Below are positions 28,377-36,817 of a stretch of 64,000 nt of DNA, one piece after another. The notes beneath the pieces are model-generated. The model had not been told where the DNA came from. It saw nothing but the letters and a program-made list of their open reading frames with translations, and did no database searches. How positions within the stretch are numbered: the first letter of the stretch is position 1; the number at the start of each line of letters is the position of its first letter. The translations under genes were made by a program, and so were the position numbers. This stretch comes from Archangium sp. (lineage in GTDB: Bacteria; Myxococcota; Myxococcia; Myxococcales; Myxococcaceae): positions 1,112-65,111 of the forward strand of contig JAUYRZ010000112.1 in assembly GCA_030695565.1 (NCBI GenBank), given 5' to 3'.

Positions 28377-28855
28377 TTCGCCCCCGGGTTCTGGCTGAGG
28401 AAGCTGCGCCGACAAGAGGACGAGCAGAACCAGTACTGCGTTCCGTTGACCTTCAGGGTGCCGCCCTTCGCGGTCTTCGGGTCGATCTTCATCTTGCACA
28501 CGGGGTCGGTCACCATGGCCTCTGGCGCTGCTGCGGGCTGCTGCGTCGCTGAACCGCCATGCTGATGATGCTGATGACCCTCGTCCTTCTTCTGCTCGGG
28601 TTGGGGCGCGGGAGCAGGTTCTGGCATCGGCGCTCCGCCATGCTGATGCCCTCCTTCGGTGGTGACCTCGGCGCACGGTGAGCCTGATGCGGTCGGCAGC
28701 CCGCAGTTCGGCGCAGCCAGCGGGTCTTCGGGCGCCAGGGTGCTGGCGACCGCGAGGCGCACGGTTTCCGGCTCGGGGGCAGCCCGAGTCTGGTGAGCAG
28801 AGGGACCTGCGCAAGCGGCAAGAAGCAGGAGAGAAAGAGGGACTCGAGGTGACAT
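28373..28855 (-). CDS. His-rich YHS-domain lipoprotein
   Basis: ATG at 28855. Lipobox LLLAAC. His-rich stretches GGHQHGG and EGHQHHQHGG. C-terminal YHS motif DPVCKMKIDPKTA...YWFCSSSC. Confidence 0.75.
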   Translation of the reverse strand: MSPRVPLSLLLLAACAGPSAHQTRAAPEPETVRLAVASTLAPEDPLAAPNCGLPTASGSPCAEVTTEGGHQHGGAPMPEPAPAPQPEQKKDEGHQHHQHGGSATQQPAAAPEAMVTDPVCKMKIDPKTAKGGTLKVNGTQYWFCSSSCRRSFLSQNPGAK

Positions 28856-28876
28856 GACGGCTCCGAGACGGTGGAA

Positions 28877-28902
28877 GACGCGACTACCAGCTGCGAATGA
28901 CA
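28877..28902 (-). promoter_or_regulatory. CorE-type ECF promoter variant (TGTCAT-N16-CGTC) for the YHS-OMF-MCO operon
   Basis: Minus strand reads acgTGTCATtcgcagctggtagtcgCGTCttcc. Same 16-nt spacer and same -10 box as the other four sites. The -35 box differs at one position. Confidence 0.45.
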
Positions 28903-28903
28903 C

Positions 28904-28930
28904 GTAGGCCACAGGTGCTTTTTCGTGACA
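28904..28930 (-). promoter_or_regulatory. Second-ECF-type promoter candidate (TGTCACG-N16-CCTAC), immediately upstream of the CorE-type box
   Basis: Minus strand reads acgTGTCACgaaaaagcacctgtggCCTACg. Its -10-like box ends 1 nt before the TGTCAT box. Confidence 0.5.
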
Positions 28931-28951
28931 CGTGCCGTGATTCTTCAGGGC

Positions 28952-30163
28952 CTAACGCGCCTCGACCGGCTTCGCCTCGCCGAGAATCTCGAAGGCCCGC
29001 GCCATGGTTTGGCCCAGGCAGGCCTTCAGCACTCCGAAGGTGTGTGGTTGGCCAAGTGTCACGCGCCCAACCAGCAGACCCCCACGACCCAGCAGCGCAA
29101 CGAACCGGCCGCGCGCGGGCTCACCCATCAGATGGCAGGTCTCATCGCCCTGGTGCTCGCCACTGAACTGCAGCCTCTTGCCGAAGAGTTCGGTGCTCCC
29201 CGATGGATTCGGGAAAGTGGCTTCCATCGCACCCACGGCATTCTGGCCCACGGAAAAGCCGTGCTGAGCAGCAAAGCCGTAGCTTTCCACGCGCAGGCGG
29301 CGGCCCAGCGATGGGCTCCAGGGTGAGGCCACGTCACCGGCGGCGAAGACGCCTGGCGCTGAGGTGCGGCCGAACTCGTCCACGACCACGCCGTCGCCGA
29401 GCGTGAGGCCGCTTCCTGCGAGCCACCCGATGGCAGGCTCGGCTCCGAGCGCGACGACCACAAGATCAGCCGCATGGACCTCTCCGAAGGTCGACAGCAC
29501 ACCTTCGACGCGCGTCGCTCCGAGCACTCGTTCGACCTGCGTACGAAGACGCACCATGACGCCCATCGCTTCGATGAACGGAGTCAGTGCCGCGCCGGCC
29601 AGAGCTCCGAGCGAACGAGAAAGCAGCGCGCTTCCCCTCTCGAGAACTGTTGCGTGCGCACCGCGTTCCTTCGCGGCGCTGGCGACTTCGAGACCGAGCA
29701 ACCCACCACCGATCACCACGATGCGCGACCCGGGCCGCAAGTCTTCGCGCAGCGCGACCGCATCTTCCCAGGTGCGCACGGAGCGCACTCCGGGCAGATG
29801 CGCGCCGGGCACCGCGAGGCGTCGTGGTGAACTGCCTGTGGCGATGATCAGACGGTCCCACGAGACCGCTTCACCCGAGGAGAGCGCGACGTGCTGCTTC
29901 TCGAGCGAGAGAGCCGTTGCGATGACTCCACGGCGCACTTCGATTCGCTGCTCACTGTAGAAACGTTCGGGCTGCAGCCAGAGCGAGGGGAGGGTGACGC
30001 GCTCGTCTCTGAGGACCTCCTTTGAAAGCGCCGGCCGCTGGTAGGGCCACGCTTGCTCGGCGCCCAACATCAGCACCGGGCCTGCGTGGCCGTACTCACG
30101 GATCGCCTCCGCTGCGCGACTTCCGGCCAGGCCTGCGCCCACGATGACGATCGAGCCTGACAT
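28952..30163 (-). CDS. FAD/NAD(P)H-dependent oxidoreductase (ferredoxin/rubredoxin reductase-like, AIF family)
   Basis: ATG at 30163. Dinucleotide motifs IVIVGAGLAG and IVVIGGGLLGLE, plus AAGDVA. No N-terminal CxxxxC redox disulfide. Confidence 0.8.
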   Translation of the reverse strand: MSGSIVIVGAGLAGSRAAEAIREYGHAGPVLMLGAEQAWPYQRPALSKEVLRDERVTLPSLWLQPERFYSEQRIEVRRGVIATALSLEKQHVALSSGEAVSWDRLIIATGSSPRRLAVPGAHLPGVRSVRTWEDAVALREDLRPGSRIVVIGGGLLGLEVASAAKERGAHATVLERGSALLSRSLGALAGAALTPFIEAMGVMVRLRTQVERVLGATRVEGVLSTFGEVHAADLVVVALGAEPAIGWLAGSGLTLGDGVVVDEFGRTSAPGVFAAGDVASPWSPSLGRRLRVESYGFAAQHGFSVGQNAVGAMEATFPNPSGSTELFGKRLQFSGEHQGDETCHLMGEPARGRFVALLGRGGLLVGRVTLGQPHTFGVLKACLGQTMARAFEILGEAKPVEAR

Positions 30164-30165
30164 CT

Positions 30166-30381
30166 TCAGGCCGCCCGCGACTCGTAGCCTGCATCGCGCA
30201 GCGCGCTCACGAGGCTGACGATCTTCACCCCCGCGACGTGCTTCACCACCACCTTGCCTTCGCGCAGCTTCACCTCGACCTGATCGACTCCGTCCACGTC
30301 TTTGAGGGCGGTGCTGATGTGGTGAATGCAGCTGGGGCAAGTCATGCCGTCGACGCTCAACAGGGTATCCGTGGTGTCCAT
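30166..30381 (-). CDS. copZ: CopZ-like heavy-metal-associated (HMA) metallochaperone
   Basis: 71 aa from the ATG at 30381. GMTCPSC metal-binding motif. AGGAG ribosome-binding site. The stop lies 2 nt before the oxidoreductase start. Confidence 0.85.
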   Translation of the reverse strand: MDTTDTLLSVDGMTCPSCIHHISTALKDVDGVDQVEVKLREGKVVVKHVAGVKIVSLVSALRDAGYESRAA

Positions 30382-30431
30382 GTGCTTCTCCTGGTGTGAC
30401 GCGCGGACGAAGTGTTCGCGGTCGAGAAGGA

Positions 30432-30457
30432 GACGCCTTCGGTTTTTGGGCATTACA
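30432..30457 (-). promoter_or_regulatory. CorE-type ECF promoter candidate (TGTAAT-N16-CGTC) for copZ-oxidoreductase
   Basis: Minus strand reads aggTGTAATgcccaaaaaccgaaggCGTCtcct. Confidence 0.55.
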
Positions 30458-30490
30458 CCTCGCCCCGAAAGTGACGGTCGCGCAGTCACC

Positions 30491-30516
30491 TGTAATGCCG
30501 CGCAGCGAGCCGCGTC
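30491..30516 (+). promoter_or_regulatory. CorE-type ECF promoter candidate (TGTAAT-N16-CGTC) for copA
   Basis: Plus strand reads caccTGTAATgccgcgcagcgagccgCGTCcccc, 22 nt upstream of the copA ATG with CAGGAGGG in between. Confidence 0.55.
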
Positions 30517-30537
30517 CCCCGCTTCAGGAGGGACACC

Positions 30538-32814
30538 ATGTCCACGAACTCGCAGACGCAGGGCCAGGAAGAAGTGCTTCAGGTGATGGGGATGACGTGC
30601 GCGGCGTGCGTGCGGCGCATTGAAGGAGCGCTCAGCAAGGTCACCGGGGTTCAGGCGGCTTCAGTGAACTTGATCACCGAGAAGGCGACCGTCCGCTTCG
30701 ATCGTTCGCTCACCAGCATGGCCGCGCTCGAGCAGGCCATCGTGAAGGCAGGCTACGGCGTCGCGCCGCAGGCACCTGCCGAAAAGGAAGTGCCGGCAAA
30801 TCAACTGAGCCAACTGGAGGCCACTGAGCGCACCGAGCACGAGCAGCTCAAACGAGACACCATCGTGGCTGCGCTGCTGGCCGTGCCGCTGTTGGTGCTG
30901 GGCATGTCTCACGGCGCGATCCCGGGCGCCGACGGCCCGGTCGGTCGGGTGGTGCAGCTGCTCCTCGCCACGCCGCTGGTCTTCGGTCCGGGGCGTCGAT
31001 TCCTGGCGCTCGCCTGGAAGGTCACGCTTCACGGTGCAGCCGACATGAACACCCTCGTCGCCCTGGGCGCGCTCTCCGCGTGGGGCTGGTCGACGGTTGC
31101 CGTGTTGCTCCCTCAACTGTTTCCGCACGCGGAGCATGGTCACCGGCCGCACATTTTCTTCGAGGCGGTCGTCGTGATCGCCTTCGTGCTCGCCGGCAAG
31201 ATGCTCGAAGCGCGCGCCCGCCGCCGCCTTTCAGATGCAGTGCGTGGGTTGCTCTCCAGGCTGCCACCTGAAGCCACGCGGTTGGTCGACGGCATCGAGT
31301 CGAAGGTGAAGGTCTCCTCGCTGCAAGCGGGTGACGTGGTGCTCGTGCGGCCGGGCGAGAGCGTGCCCGCAGACGGCGACGTGCTGCAGGGCAGCTCCGC
31401 GGTCGATGAGGCGATGTTGACGGGGGAAGGTCTGCCCGTCGAGAAGCGGCCTGGCGACCAGGTCTTCGGCGGCACCGTGAACGCGCACGGTGCGCTGACC
31501 GTGAAGCTGATTCGCACCGGCGCCCACACCGCGCTCAGCCGGATCGTGCAGGCCGTCGAATCAGCGCAAGGCAGCCGCGCGCCCATCTCGCGCCTCGCGG
31601 ATCGGGTCAGCGCCATCTTCGTGCCGGTGGTGCTGGGCATCGCCCTGGTCACCTTCGGCGTGTGGTGGGCCCTCGACCCGACAGCGGCGGGGCTCGCGAC
31701 GGCCATGCAGCACCTGGTGGCGGTGTTGGTCATCGCCTGTCCTTGCGCGCTGGGCCTTGCGACTCCCGCGGCTGTCGCGGTGGGCACGGGCCGCGGCGCC
31801 GAGTTGGGTGTGCTGGTGAAAGGCGGAGAGGTGCTCGAGTCGCTGAGCCGCGTGCAGACGGTGCTGCTCGACAAGACCGGCACGGTCACCTCCGGGAAGC
31901 CGACGCTCACCGACGTGGTGGCGCTGGGTGATGAGGCTGCACTGCTCCGAAGGGTCGTCGCGGTGGAGAAGCTCAGTGAGCACCCTGTCGCGAAGGCGGT
32001 GGTCGAGGGCGCCGAAGCGCGGCTCAAGGAGCGCGTGCCTGCCGCTCAGGGGGATTTCTTCAACGAGCCCGGCGCGGGCGTGGAGGCGGCTGGCATTCGC
32101 ATCGGCACGAGGGGCTGGCTCGAGCTCGCCGGCATCGATCCGACTCCGCTCGAGGCCCAGGCCGAGGAACTCGCCTCACGAGGCCGCACGCCTTCCTTCG
32201 TCGGTGACGTGCCCTCCAGGACGCTGCTCGGGCTGGTGGCCGTGATGGATTCGCCTGTGCCTGAGGCCAGGGCGGTGATCGACGCACTGAAGACGCTTGG
32301 ACTCGAGGTGGCGCTGGTGACCGGTGATCGACGACGCACCGCACAGGCCGTCGCGAAAGAGCTGGGCATCTCCCGGGTGGAAGCGGAGGTGAAGCCAGAG
32401 GGGAAGGCGGCCGTGGTCGCGAAGGTGAAGGCGCAGGGGCGGGTGGTCGCCATGGTCGGTGACGGGATCAACGACGCTCCGGCCCTCGCCGCCTCTGATG
32501 TCGGCATCGCCATTGGTACCGGTACGGACGTCGCCGCAGCAACCGCTGACGTGGTGTTGCTGCGTGGAGGCATCTCGGCGCTGCCCCGCGCCATTGGCCT
32601 GGCGCGCGCGACGCTGCGCAACATCCGCCAGAACCTGTTCTGGGCCTTCGTCTACAACGTCGCGGGCATTCCCCTGGCGGCGGGTGCGTTGGTGCCGCTC
32701 TTCGGCCTCGAGCTCTCGCCCGTCTTCGCCAGCGCCGCGATGTCGCTCTCGAGCTTGTCGGTGCTGACGAACGCGCTGCGGCTTCGCCGCTTCGCTGCTG
32801 TTCAGTCGAAGTAG
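30538..32814 (+). CDS. copA: Copper-translocating P1B-type ATPase
   Basis: N-terminal [16 protein letters not shown] motif [11 protein letters not shown]. Phosphorylation site [15 protein letters not shown] hinge. Confidence 0.92.
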   Translation: MSTNSQTQGQEEVLQVMGMTCAACVRRIEGALSKVTGVQAASVNLITEKATVRFDRSLTSMAALEQAIVKAGYGVAPQAPAEKEVPANQLSQLEATERTEHEQLKRDTIVAALLAVPLLVLGMSHGAIPGADGPVGRVVQLLLATPLVFGPGRRFLALAWKVTLHGAADMNTLVALGALSAWGWSTVAVLLPQLFPHAEHGHRPHIFFEAVVVIAFVLAGKMLEARARRRLSDAVRGLLSRLPPEATRLVDGIESKVKVSSLQAGDVVLVRPGESVPADGDVLQGSSAVDEAMLTGEGLPVEKRPGDQVFGGTVNAHGALTVKLIRTGAHTALSRIVQAVESAQGSRAPISRLADRVSAIFVPVVLGIALVTFGVWWALDPTAAGLATAMQHLVAVLVIACPCALGLATPAAVAVGTGRGAELGVLVKGGEVLESLSRVQTVLLDKTGTVTSGKPTLTDVVALGDEAALLRRVVAVEKLSEHPVAKAVVEGAEARLKERVPAAQGDFFNEPGAGVEAAGIRIGTRGWLELAGIDPTPLEAQAEELASRGRTPSFVGDVPSRTLLGLVAVMDSPVPEARAVIDALKTLGLEVALVTGDRRRTAQAVAKELGISRVEAEVKPEGKAAVVAKVKAQGRVVAMVGDGINDAPALAASDVGIAIGTGTDVAAATADVVLLRGGISALPRAIGLARATLRNIRQNLFWAFVYNVAGIPLAAGALVPLFGLELSPVFASAAMSLSSLSVLTNALRLRRFAAVQSK

Positions 32815-32906
32815 AGCGTCGTAATCGCGGCGTGTCGTCGCCCCTGGGTTGCCCGAAGCGTCGAGCCTGGTCTAAGGGCCATGACTCAATCCAGCCCGGA
32901 GCAATC

Positions 32907-34187
32907 ATGCGTTCGTTCGTCGTTGCCTCAACGTTCCTCGTTCTCCTCCTGGGTTGCTCGACGACGCCTGCTCCCTGTGGCCCTGAGATGTGTTCGGGCT
33001 GCTGTGACTCCAACGGCATCTGCCAGGCGGGTGACGTCATCGACGGCTGCGGCACCGGCGGGCTGGCTTGCAACGTCTGCGTCGCGGCGGTCGGCCAGGT
33101 CTGCTCCAACATGACCTGCGTTATCCCCGAGCAGGATGCCGGCACCAGGCTCGGGGTGGAGGTCGGTACTGGCGACCACACCGCGTCGTCAGTGACGCTG
33201 ACGCAGATTGCTGTCGCGGCCGCCGGGCTGAACAAGCCCACAGACCTCGGCTTCAATCCGCTTCGGCCCGATGAACTGTGGGTGGTCAACGCGGGCGACG
33301 ACAGTGTCCTCATCATCACCAACGCAAGCGCATCCTCACGGACGAGCGAACGACGAAAGGACGGCTACGCGGTGCACTTCATGTCGACGCCGTCTTCGAT
33401 CGCTTTCGGCGGTTCCCCGACCACGTTCGGCCGACAGGGAACGTTCGCGACCTGCCAGGAGTCGCGGAACAGCTACGGTGGCGCTGCGGCTCCGAACGAT
33501 TTCATGGGCCCGAGCTTGTGGTCTTCGGATCTGACTATTTTTGCGAAGCTGAACCCGAACGGGCTGGGCTCGCATTTGGACATGCTCCACGCCAGCCCTC
33601 TGTGCATGGGCATCGCTCACGAAGCCAACAATTCATATTGGGCCTTCGGCGGTCTCTCGAACGCCATCTTGAAGTACGACTTCGGTGTCGATGACGGCAT
33701 TGGAAATGATGAACACGGCGACGGAGAGGCGTACCAGTACATCACCGGCCAGTTGAAGTACGCGCCCGGCATTCCCAGTCATCTTGCGTTCAGGCAGGCC
33801 GACCAAAGCCTGTTCATCGCAGATACAGGCAATGGCCGAATCGTGAAGATGGACACGACAACGGGCACGCGGGGGCCGCGGCTCCAGTCGTTCGAACCGA
33901 TGGCCGCGCACTATCGAATGGAGAACGCAGTCGCAGCTGACGTGGTCAGCAAACTGAGCGCACTCGTTGAGGCCCCGTCTGGTCTCGAGCTCAAGAACGA
34001 CCTGCTCTACGTTTCCGACAATGGAAACAGTCGCATCTCGGTCTTCACTCTGAGCGGCGAAAGAGTGAACTACCTCGACACTGGGTTGCCGCCGGGCTCG
34101 CTGGCCGGAATGGCGTTTGGCCCGGATGAGAAGCTCTACATCGTAGACATGGTGGGCAATCGCGTCTTGCGCATCGATCCCCCATAA
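32907..34187 (+). CDS. NHL-repeat beta-propeller lipoprotein with Cys-rich N-terminal module
   Basis: ATG at 32907. Lipobox LLLGCS. Cys-rich segment CGPEMCSGCCDSNGICQAG...CNVC. NHL-like repeats LFIADTGNGRIVKMD, LYVSDNGNSRISVF, LYIVDMVGNRVLRID. Confidence 0.7.
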   Translation: MRSFVVASTFLVLLLGCSTTPAPCGPEMCSGCCDSNGICQAGDVIDGCGTGGLACNVCVAAVGQVCSNMTCVIPEQDAGTRLGVEVGTGDHTASSVTLTQIAVAAAGLNKPTDLGFNPLRPDELWVVNAGDDSVLIITNASASSRTSERRKDGYAVHFMSTPSSIAFGGSPTTFGRQGTFATCQESRNSYGGAAAPNDFMGPSLWSSDLTIFAKLNPNGLGSHLDMLHASPLCMGIAHEANNSYWAFGGLSNAILKYDFGVDDGIGNDEHGDGEAYQYITGQLKYAPGIPSHLAFRQADQSLFIADTGNGRIVKMDTTTGTRGPRLQSFEPMAAHYRMENAVAADVVSKLSALVEAPSGLELKNDLLYVSDNGNSRISVFTLSGERVNYLDTGLPPGSLAGMAFGPDEKLYIVDMVGNRVLRIDPP

Positions 34188-34297
34188 CCCGGGGGGCGGT
34201 GGCCCACCCTTGGCTTGCCCTGCTTACTATCCGGCGAAACCTGGCGAGTCAGCAGCTCGCCGTCCTCGCGGTCGAAGTCATCCAGCTCACCAGGGCC

Positions 34298-34827
34298 TCA
34301 GCGAACGTAGTCGTAGTGCCAGAACTCGGCCGGGTAGTTCTTGAAGCCGAACTTGGCGGCGTTGGCGCGCAGCCAGCTGTCGGCGCGGGTTCCTCGACCC
34401 CTACGCCGCTGATGTCCATCGCGATCCCGTTCTGATGGTTGGAGGTGCCCGGCCGAGCGACTCGGACTGGGTTGCGCCCGAACTGATTCCACAGGCTCGT
34501 CTGCTCGGCCATGGTCCGAAACCCGCTGGTCGCGCCAAGGTTGATGCCTGCGCGCCTCGCGGCTGAGGTCATCTCGCCGAAGGACTTCGCAGCGTCCGCT
34601 CTCATGTACTGGCCGTTGCCGACCGGAACGACCTTGATGGTCCTCGGCCGACCGTTCACGTAGGCAGTGACAGCCTTGCCCGGGCCGGACTCAAACGAGT
34701 CGCCAGGGCCCCGCACCGTCGGCTTTCCAGGCGTCTTGCTCGACACCGGATGGGAATGGCCTCCGGCCACAACCGCTGTACCGCCGGAACCTCTGGCACC
34801 GCCAGGCCCTTTCGCACCGGACAACAT
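34298..34827 (-). pseudogene. Frameshifted VanY/M15B-type D,D-carboxypeptidase paralog
   Basis: Frame A carries SGFRTMAEQ...ARPGTSNHQNGIAMDISGVGVEE. The conserved C-terminus SWLRANAAKFGFKNYPAEFWHYDYVR continues in another frame (track ORF 34298..34492). The frame switch lies within about 34380-34400. The intact paralog is at 39315..39980. Confidence 0.6.
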
Positions 34828-34932
34828 GTCGCTTCCGGGGCGATAGCTCTTTCCAACGAAGCTGCCCCAGGTCTGCTGCGCAATCGCGTTACGGTCGCCT
34901 CAGGTGGTCGCGTCAACCACTCATTCACCACG

Positions 34933-35607
34933 TCACATGCATTGTGGATTGGTCGTCGAACTGCCGGGGATACAGGGGCAGCCTTGAGGGTTGGGCTCAC
35001 CGTGCGAGACGAAGGAGAGGCGAACGGAAAACGCGCCATCGGTCACCGGGAGGCTCGCTCCGCTCGTTCGATCGACCAGAAGGGCCGAGAATGTCCCCGA
35101 GATCCGATCGCCAGGACACCTGGGCACCCGATCGAGCGCGATCGTGCAGGACGCATTCCTCGAGACCACATCGAAGTTGCCAAGCCTGACGGATGACGGG
35201 TAAGCGAACTGGTCACATGCGCGAGCGCCCCCATCCTGGACCTCGACTGTGAGCGAGAGTGGGCCGAGGCCACCGACGCTGAACTGATCGAACGTACTGT
35301 TGTGCACGAACGCAGACCGAAACGTCTGGCTCGCCCGATACTCGTGGACTCCTCCGTCGATCCTCTCCCGCTCGAACCCTCCATCCTCGAGGGGAATGTA
35401 AACGGTGGTGGGGATCTGGTCGCCGTGCAAGGTGAACCGAATCCACTCGCCAGCATCCGCGTCCTCAGCATCGATCGCCGCATCTGGCCCTCCGGCGTCC
35501 GGAACCGCTGCATCGAGTTGCGGTGTGGCGTCTGGAGGCCCCGAACATCGCGCGAGGAGCGTGAAAAGGAGAAGGCCGACGACCACCGCCCACGGCCTCA
35601 CACTCAA
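34933..35607 (-). CDS. Hypothetical lipoprotein
   Basis: Signal plus lipobox LFTLLARCS, then an Asp/Ala-rich linker. No recognisable domain. The start overlaps the stop of the ATP-grasp gene. Confidence 0.55.
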   Translation of the reverse strand: MSVRPWAVVVGLLLFTLLARCSGPPDATPQLDAAVPDAGGPDAAIDAEDADAGEWIRFTLHGDQIPTTVYIPLEDGGFERERIDGGVHEYRASQTFRSAFVHNSTFDQFSVGGLGPLSLTVEVQDGGARACDQFAYPSSVRLGNFDVVSRNASCTIALDRVPRCPGDRISGTFSALLVDRTSGASLPVTDGAFSVRLSFVSHGEPNPQGCPCIPGSSTTNPQCM

Positions 35608-36563
35608 GCCTGCTGCTTCTCTGTTCGTTGAAGCTCGCGCAGCAGATAGTCCACCACGCGCTCGAACGGATCGAAGCCGAACGCACGGGCGATCGGTGGT
35701 CTCAGATTCGAGTTGGCGTTCACGTCGTAGAAGATGTGGCGACCATCACTTGCCTCGAGATACTCGATGCCGGCCACGTGGAGTCCTCCTTCCGTCACGA
35801 TTCGACGGCCCTTCTCGACCGCGTCTTTGGGCACGTCCGGGTACGGGAAGAACTCGACTGGCTTCTGCGGCGTCTTGGACGGAAGTGCGCAAGCAGCGAC
35901 TGCACCGTCTTCAGGGTGGCACACCTCGGAAGGGCACAAATTGAACGACCCCTGCGAAACGACGCGCATCGCGTAGAGCAGCTCGCCACCGAGGAATTCC
36001 ATGCGCACGATGCCGCGCGCGGGGTCCACCGGGAAGTATTCCTGGAGGAGGAGAAGATTGTCCGGAAGCCAAAGGTCCGGGTTCTCGGCAAGCGTTCGCT
36101 CGAGCTCTTTGAGCGACTGCAGAAGGTACATTCGAGCGCCGCTCCCTCCTTGCTCGGGCTTCAGCAGGGCTGGCCATTGTGTCCAGCGCTCACCGACGGC
36201 CTGCACATCGTTGAACGCCATTGACCGCGGGTGATCGATTCCGAGCCTCTTGAGGAGACTGCCTTGTGCGCTCTTGCTCAGCTCAAGCAAGAACGCGCGC
36301 GAGCCGTTGATGACCCGGGCGCCTGCGGTTTCCAGCGAGCGAATGAGCGAGAGCGCGAGTGGAACGGCGCGGGTGTGGCCGCGCACATAGGCACTCGGGC
36401 TGGCCTGGTTGAAGTAGAGCCTCGCTGCTGGAACGAGATCGACGTCGAAGGCCGCCTTCTTGAGGTCGAGTGGAAGGAACGACACTCCCCGCGCTTCGAG
36501 GGCGTTGAAAAGAGGTCTTTGCCAGTCGGGGTGTTCGTAGAGGACGACGAGATCAGCGACCAT
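35604..36563 (-). CDS. ATP-grasp (RimK-like) ligase family protein
   Basis: 319 aa with ATP-grasp pattern: WPALLKPEQGGSGARMYLL, LLLQEYFP, and AGIEYLEASDGRHIFYDVNANSN (Mg/ATP site). Confidence 0.7.
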   Translation of the reverse strand: MVADLVVLYEHPDWQRPLFNALEARGVSFLPLDLKKAAFDVDLVPAARLYFNQASPSAYVRGHTRAVPLALSLIRSLETAGARVINGSRAFLLELSKSAQGSLLKRLGIDHPRSMAFNDVQAVGERWTQWPALLKPEQGGSGARMYLLQSLKELERTLAENPDLWLPDNLLLLQEYFPVDPARGIVRMEFLGGELLYAMRVVSQGSFNLCPSEVCHPEDGAVAACALPSKTPQKPVEFFPYPDVPKDAVEKGRRIVTEGGLHVAGIEYLEASDGRHIFYDVNANSNLRPPIARAFGFDPFERVVDYLLRELQRTEKQQA

Positions 36564-36817
36564 GTGTTCTTGGCTTTGCCCGCCAGCGGCTGACGCGTCA
36601 AGAGGCCGGCGTCATCGTGGCGGAGTCGCGTCGTCAGGGGGCATGCCGAAGTTGCTGCATCGCAGCTTTACCAGCCCTTCGGGCCAGTTCCTGAATCGCG
36701 TCATGCTTTCGGGCGTTTGACCGCTTGGGTTCATTCGTGGGGTCTCACAATTCTGCGCTCGAGCGGGACGACAAGATCCATGAATCGAGCCCCCGCAGGA
36801 ATTCAGGAGCCGAACCC

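Noticed and set aside
28952-30163. Mercuric reductase (MerA) call for the flavoprotein next to the HMA protein.
   Set aside because: There is no CxxxxC redox-active disulfide, no C-terminal Cys pair, and no mer genes nearby. The sequence pattern fits ferredoxin-reductase/AIF-type enzymes instead.
30426-30447. Hairpin GAAGG-agacg-CCTTC followed by GGTTTTT, which looks like a small plus-strand terminator.
   Set aside because: No plus-strand gene lies upstream. The segment coincides with the spacer and -10 region of the minus-strand copZ promoter candidate, so it is probably incidental.
36643-36720. 25-codon ORF ([25 protein letters not shown]) in the divergent region between the ATP-grasp and amidase genes. 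Also the 85-aa track ORF 36612..36869 (-).
   Set aside because: There is no ribosome-binding site, codon bias is only mediocre, and no motif is present. The minus-strand ORF is Arg/Cys/Pro-rich shadow-like sequence overlapping the amidase start.
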